Part shown: piece after piece, positions 59,742-64,000 of the stretch | Position numbering within the stretch: position 1 is the first letter of the stretch | Layout of the letters: every line of letters starts with the position of its first letter | Source of the DNA: Armatimonadota bacterium | Lineage (GTDB): Bacteria > Armatimonadota > SYMT01 | DNA length: 64,000 nucleotides | Reading direction: 5' to 3' | Assembly (NCBI GenBank): GCA_041690135.1 | Contig: JAWLHY010000018.1 | Location: 96,001 to 160,000, forward strand | Made by a program: the position numbers and the translations under genes | The notes under the pieces: generated by a model | The model's input: the letters and a program-made list of their open reading frames with translations, nothing else | The model's database searches: none | What the model was told of the DNA's origin: nothing

Positions 59742-60287
59742 ATGCTACTCACGACACCCAACCCACATTCCGTCCTGGCCGGCGCCCTGGCAGCGGACCA
59801 GCGATCGGCCGACATTCCCGCGGAGGCGGATCTCTACGGTTGGCTGGTCGGCAGTTGGGATTTGGACGTCCGCTTTTTTCTATCGGACGTCAGCGGGCTG
59901 GGGTTACGCGGGGAGGCCCACTTCGGATGGGTACTGGAGGGGCGTGCGGTGCAAGACGTCTGGATCATGCCGCACCGCCCGGAGCGGACTCCGGCACCGG
60001 ATCGCATCGCAAACATGTATGGGACCACGCTCCGCGCGTGGGATCCGTGCCTGCAGGCCTGGCGAGTCACGTGGACCGATCCAGTCACCGGTGGTCGAGA
60101 CCAGTTGATCGGCCGTCGGGTGGGTGATCGGATCGTGCAGTTGGGAACCCATGCCGATGGCACCCCAATCCGTTGGATCTTCAGTGAGATATCGGACGAC
60201 TCTTTCCGGTGGACCGGCGAAGCGCTCCAGCCGGACGGTGAAACCTGGGCTCTCGAAGGGGAGTTCCGCGCCACCCGGATACGCTAG
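59742..60287 (+). CDS. conserved hypothetical beta-barrel protein (DUF1579/lipocalin-like)
   Basis: WLVGSWD, GEAHFGWVLEGRAVQDVW, YGTTLR, RWIFSEI, SFRWTGE. Confidence 0.75.
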   Translation: MLLTTPNPHSVLAGALAADQRSADIPAEADLYGWLVGSWDLDVRFFLSDVSGLGLRGEAHFGWVLEGRAVQDVWIMPHRPERTPAPDRIANMYGTTLRAWDPCLQAWRVTWTDPVTGGRDQLIGRRVGDRIVQLGTHADGTPIRWIFSEISDDSFRWTGEALQPDGETWALEGEFRATRIR

Positions 60288-60288
60288 G

Positions 60289-60903
60289 ATGGGACCGCTC
60301 GCCTATTCGCTCTTCGATACCCCCTTCGGCGCCTGTGGAATCGCGTGGAGTGACCGGGGCATTACTCGGATCCAACTTCCGGAAGCGAGTCAGGCGGCAA
60401 CGGAGCGTCGCGTGCGGTTCGTCGGCAACGATGCCGGGCCGGTTCTCGCCGCCGAACCGCCACCGGAAATCTTCGCGGTGATAAGTGACCTTCAGAAGTA
60501 CTTAAGTGGAACCAGAGTGGACTTCGCGGGGATACCCCTCGACCTGACCCGTGAAGGGTCTTTTTCCCGGAAGGTCTATGCGGCGGCACGCACCATCGGT
60601 TGGGGGGAAGTCACCACCTACGGCGATCTGTCACTCCGGGCCGGAATGCCCGGAGCAGCCCGTGCCGTGGGCCGGGTGCTAGGGCGGAACCCGGTGGCAA
60701 TCCTAGTCCCTTGCCACCGGGTGCTTGCCGCCTCTGCCGCGGGCGTGAAGCCAGGCGGGTTCTCCGCATTCGGGGGAACGGCCCTGAAGCTCCGGCTTTT
60801 AGCGCTGGAAGGTGTATCTTTAACTATATTACAGGGCGAGTCTCAACTGGTCATCCCCTTTCCACCAGGCGAAACCGGGGAGCCCGGCCGCTCCCAGACG
60901 TAA
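60289..60903 (+). CDS. ogt: methylated-DNA--protein-cysteine methyltransferase
   Basis: GEVTTYG, ARAVGRVLGRNP, active-site PCHRV. Confidence 0.92.
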   Translation: MGPLAYSLFDTPFGACGIAWSDRGITRIQLPEASQAATERRVRFVGNDAGPVLAAEPPPEIFAVISDLQKYLSGTRVDFAGIPLDLTREGSFSRKVYAAARTIGWGEVTTYGDLSLRAGMPGAARAVGRVLGRNPVAILVPCHRVLAASAAGVKPGGFSAFGGTALKLRLLALEGVSLTILQGESQLVIPFPPGETGEPGRSQT

Positions 60904-61661
60904 AGGCCAACAGGGTAGGCAAAGTAGATTTCTTCGCCCCGGAGATGGGCCCCCACGCCGATTTCATCCTTCTCCAGGTCCGCGCGGAACCACTCGCGCA
61001 ACCGGTCCGCATCTCCGGGCTTCGGGAAGGAAGAAGCCAGTTGCCTCTCCAACTCCATTTCCAACTGGTAGAACTCCGTAACCCCCTCGGTGAGCCCAAC
61101 GACCTCTCGGAGTTGATGAAACTCCCGGTGCGTGAGCGCCCTTACGTGAGAGGGATCCCGGAGGCGCTCCATCCGGTCATAGGCTTCCCTTTTCTCCGGC
61201 GCGACCACCACGTCGATGACCACCACCTTCCCACCTGGGGTGCACACCCGGGCCATCTCGCGGAGCACCGCCAACGGATCCAGGAAGTGATGGAAGGTGA
61301 ACCGGGTGACCACGAGGGAGAAGGCGGCGTTCGGAAAGGGGAGTGCCGACACGTCACCCACCTGCCACGCCAGGTTGCTCAACCCCTTTTCCTTCTGCGC
61401 GGCACGGGCAAGCTCGACCATTGCCGGAGTCAGGTCGATCCCCGTTACGTGCTGCACATGCGGTGCCAACGCACACGCCACCAATCCAGGTCCGCACGCC
61501 ACGTCGAGGGTTGTATCGGTGGGTGCGGGCCGAACGCTGTTGAGGAGGAGCTGGAAAGCACTCTCATTGGTGTGCGCCGGATGGCTGGCGAACGGCGCCG
61601 CCTGCCGGGTGAACTGGTCGATGATCTCTTGATTGTGGGACGAGTGGGCTTGGGTGTTCAT
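60843..61661 (-). CDS. class I SAM-dependent methyltransferase
   Basis: TLDVACGPG, GIDLTPAM, GDVSALPF, RFTFHHF, RDPSH. Confidence 0.92.
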   Translation of the reverse strand: MNTQAHSSHNQEIIDQFTRQAAPFASHPAHTNESAFQLLLNSVRPAPTDTTLDVACGPGLVACALAPHVQHVTGIDLTPAMVELARAAQKEKGLSNLAWQVGDVSALPFPNAAFSLVVTRFTFHHFLDPLAVLREMARVCTPGGKVVVIDVVVAPEKREAYDRMERLRDPSHVRALTHREFHQLREVVGLTEGVTEFYQLEMELERQLASSFPKPGDADRLREWFRADLEKDEIGVGAHLRGEEIYFAYPVGLYVWERPGSPVSPGGKGMTS

Positions 61662-61680
61662 TCAATTGCTCCCTACAGGG

Positions 61681-62388
61681 TCAGGATGATTCGCCAGGGG
61701 AAGATACGGGGGGTAGGGCGCCGGCGATGTTTCCGAGCAGACGCTCCGTCGCCGCCGCCGCTCGTTCGGGTTGCTGTTGCGCAATGCTGTCCAATAGCTC
61801 GTGGTGCAGCTCGGACTGCGACCCCGCCAGCAGGGTCACATCCGGAAGCGTGGGACGAAGGGTAATCGCAAATCCGTGATAGAGGTCCGCCAGTAGCGCA
61901 TTCTGGGTTGCACGGGCAATCGCCGTGTGGAAGGCGACATCGGCATCGATGAAGGCCTGCAGGTTACCCCGCTCTCGCTCCTGCTCCCGCCGGGCCAGGT
62001 GGTCCCGCATCCTGGCCAGGTCATCCTCAGTCCTCCGGAGGGCTGCCAGTCGAGCCATCTCGAGCTCCAGCACCCGTCGCACTTCGTTCGCTTCCGCCGC
62101 GCGCGCCTGGCGGAGGCGCTGAGTCAGCGAGCTGGCCTCGGCTGCCTGTGCCTGAACGTAAGTTCCGTCCCCCTGGCGTACGGTAATGAGGCCCTGGTGA
62201 GAGAGAATCCGCACGGCCTCGCGGATGGTAGATCGGCCGACGCCAAAGTGGGCCATCAACTCAGCTTCGGTAGGAAGCTTTTCCCCCACGGCAATCCGTT
62301 CGAGGGAAATCCACTCCTGAAGCTTTGTCACTACTTGATCGACGAGCTGTTGCCGCTGAACGCGGCTGGTGCCAGATGGAATAGGCAT
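61681..62388 (-). CDS. FadR/GntR-family regulator
   Basis: KLPTEAELMAHFGVGRSTIREAV, GDGTYV; FCD ADVAFHTAIA. Confidence 0.93.
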   Translation of the reverse strand: MPIPSGTSRVQRQQLVDQVVTKLQEWISLERIAVGEKLPTEAELMAHFGVGRSTIREAVRILSHQGLITVRQGDGTYVQAQAAEASSLTQRLRQARAAEANEVRRVLELEMARLAALRRTEDDLARMRDHLARREQERERGNLQAFIDADVAFHTAIARATQNALLADLYHGFAITLRPTLPDVTLLAGSQSELHHELLDSIAQQQPERAAAATERLLGNIAGALPPVSSPGESS

Positions 62389-62399
62389 GAGGATAGATC

Positions 62400-62416
62400 A
62401 GGTCATCAGATGTTTA
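62400..62416. promoter_or_regulatory. putative FadR/GntR operator
   Basis: CATC-A-GATG palindrome (aggtcatcagatgttta) immediately upstream of the GntR start. Confidence 0.4.
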
Positions 62417-62485
62417 ACTGTAACGGAGAGCCGGCTGCTCGTCAACTCGTTGTTCTGGCCCGCTTGCCTTCACGTTCCCATCCGG

Positions 62486-62512
62486 GTTTCACCTGCCAGC
62501 GTCCACGGGGAT
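62486..62512 (+). promoter_or_regulatory. SigB/SigF-type promoter
   Basis: GTTT-N17-GGGGAT upstream of the DUF2795-like gene. Confidence 0.45.
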
Positions 62513-62538
62513 GCTCATTTTGGAGGATGAGCATTCTA

Positions 62539-62811
62539 ATGGCCGAGCATGGACATCTGGACGTACCGCACGCCCGACTTCCGAGTTACCTGGAGGGGCT
62601 GCAGCCGCCCGTTTCGATGGAGGAGGCGCTGGAATACGCCGAGGAACACGGTGCGTCCCCCGACGTACTGGCGTTCATAGAATCACTCCCGGCCGCCGTC
62701 TTCACCTCGGAAGAAGGCATGCGCCATGCCTTCTCGCACGTGCGCGAAGAGGATCTGCCGCACTTGGATCCGGAGCAGGTACTCGTCGGGCAGGACGGAA
62801 CCAGTAGCTAG
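62539..62811 (+). CDS. DUF2795-like protein
   Basis: YLEGLQPPVSMEEALEYAEEHGASPDVLAFIESLP; GGAGG RBS. Confidence 0.75.
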   Translation: MAEHGHLDVPHARLPSYLEGLQPPVSMEEALEYAEEHGASPDVLAFIESLPAAVFTSEEGMRHAFSHVREEDLPHLDPEQVLVGQDGTSS

Positions 62812-63393
62812 TCAGGTCTCGTCGCGGTCGATCCACTTCTGGAGCACGGGCGGCTGGTATTGGAGGATCCGGTTGAGCAGTTCTCCCGGGTCCGTCGCCT
62901 CCAGGACCAGGGCGCGGTGCTCGGGGCGGAGGAACTGCTCCTCCACGGCGTGATCGAAGAGGCGGAGCAGTGGGTCGTAATATCCGGCGGTGTTCAGGAG
63001 TCCACACGGCTTGGTGTGCAGGCCGAGTTGGGACCAGGTCAAGACCTCGCAGAACTCCTCAAAAGTGCCGAACCCTCCTGGCAGCGCGACGAACGCATCG
63101 GCGAGGTCCGCCATCAGGGCTTTGCGCTCGTGCATGGAGCCGACCACGCGAAGGTCCGTGACGCCGGTGTGCCCCACCTCCCACGCCAGCAGCGACTCCG
63201 GGATCACGCCAATCACTTCCACGCCGGATGAAAGGGCTGCGTCGGCCAGGGTTCCCATCAGGCCGACACAACCCCCTCCATAGACGAGGCCGAGCCCTCG
63301 CTCGGCCAGAGCCACGCTCATGGCCTGGGAAGCCTCGAGGTACTCCGGACGGGCTCCCCGGTTGGAGCCGCAGAAGACGCAGATTCGTTTCAA
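62812..63393 (-). CDS. LOG-family (TIGR00730) phosphoribohydrolase
   Basis: ICVFCGS, VYGGG, SMHERK, PGGFGTFEE. Confidence 0.95.
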   Translation of the reverse strand: MKRICVFCGSNRGARPEYLEASQAMSVALAERGLGLVYGGGCVGLMGTLADAALSSGVEVIGVIPESLLAWEVGHTGVTDLRVVGSMHERKALMADLADAFVALPGGFGTFEEFCEVLTWSQLGLHTKPCGLLNTAGYYDPLLRLFDHAVEEQFLRPEHRALVLEATDPGELLNRILQYQPPVLQKWIDRDET

Positions 63394-63399
63394 GGCCTG

Positions 63400-63603
63400 C
63401 TAGATGTGACGGACGTTGGTCTTCGGGGAACTGGCCGCCGCCGTAGAGCTTCCGGTGTTCGTGGCGTAAAAGATAGAGATGCGGCGCTTGGCCTGGGGCT
63501 CGCCGCAGGCCGGGCACGCGGCGGCGTCATCCATCTCCTCGATCTTGCGGCGCAGGGTGAACTCCTTCCCGCACTTCGGACAGTCGAAGTCGTAGAACGG
63601 CAT
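63400..63603 (-). CDS. FmdB-family zinc-ribbon protein
   Basis: MPFYDFDCPKCG...CPACG; AAGGAG RBS. Confidence 0.9.
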   Translation of the reverse strand: MPFYDFDCPKCGKEFTLRRKIEEMDDAAACPACGEPQAKRRISIFYATNTGSSTAAASSPKTNVRHI

Positions 63604-63656
63604 CGAAGGTCTCCTTCCGGGCACGCTGGCCCGCCTCGAAAACAACTGCTCTACTA

Positions 63657-63683
63657 TTAGCACACTCGCTGGCCGAGTGTCAG
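63657..63683. promoter_or_regulatory. CIRCE-like operator overlapping the FmdB-LOG promoter
   Basis: TTAGCACAC-N9-GAGTGTCAG. Confidence 0.6.
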
Positions 63684-63778
63684 CCGTACCCGGACCGCAA
63701 CTTTCCGGCCCATCTTCCGTTTACCACTCAGGATACCGCCCAGACGACTGGATGTGAGGTTCTGTGGGGATCGGAAGT

Positions 63779-64000
63779 ATGGCACCTCTACGCACATTCA
63801 TTAGCACTCTTGCGTCTGGACTGCTAATCACGACCGCAGTCGGCTGTGCCCGGCCGCTCCAGCAGCAGGTGCTGGGAAAATGGAAGCACACTGGCAGCAC
63901 CGCGCAGATCGAGTTGCTGAAAGACGGGACCGTCATCTACGCTTTCGGTCCGCTGCAAGCTACCGGCACCTTCACCACGCCGGACGAGAAGCACCTGCGG
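63779..64000 (+). CDS. lipoprotein, runs off the window end
   Basis: MAPLRTFISTLASGLLITTAVG-C lipobox-like signal, then VLGKWK; open to the end. Confidence 0.7.
   Translation, partial: MAPLRTFISTLASGLLITTAVGCARPLQQQVLGKWKHTGSTAQIELLKDGTVIYAFGPLQATGTFTTPDEKHLR
63801..63827. promoter_or_regulatory. CIRCE element inside the lipoprotein signal-peptide codons
   Basis: TTAGCACTC-N9-GACTGCTAA, one mismatch to consensus. Confidence 0.65.

Noticed and set aside
60843-60903. 61-bp convergent overlap of ogt and the methyltransferase
   Set aside because: It involves only non-conserved C-terminal tails; common after stop-codon drift.

Overview
GC-rich bacterial chromosomal window. The taxon cannot be read from the sequence; gene content (HrcA/CIRCE, SigB/F-type sigma, short EF-Ts, many secreted hydrolases) is compatible with Armatimonadota, which is an inference. 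Core content: tRNA-Asn, aat, folB, hrcA-grpE, trxB, aroQ, an M24 peptidase, cutC, an IDH-family gene and the rpsB-tsf-pyrH-frr-uppS-dxr-rseP-htrA cluster, interleaved with secreted enzymes, transporters and decayed accessory fragments. No intact mobile element, CRISPR array or rRNA was seen. The best novel-system candidate is a 1119-aa protein (20270-23629, -). It has two HicB-like N-terminal modules, a double AAA+ Clp/Hsp100 motor with an LGF ClpP-docking-type loop, and a C-terminal RF2-like region lacking GGQ and SPF, which suggests a ribosome-targeted quality-control unfoldase. Other notable items: an RNase Z-like MBL hydrolase fused to CoaD; a class III cyclase-TM-pseudocaspase receptor; a catalytically dead cyclase beside a CBS protein; a LexA-box-controlled orphan gene; two extra CIRCE sites; a four-promoter SigB/F-type mini-regulon; and an in-frame HicB-like/VapC deletion scar. 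All product calls come from motif recognition by eye, without database searches.
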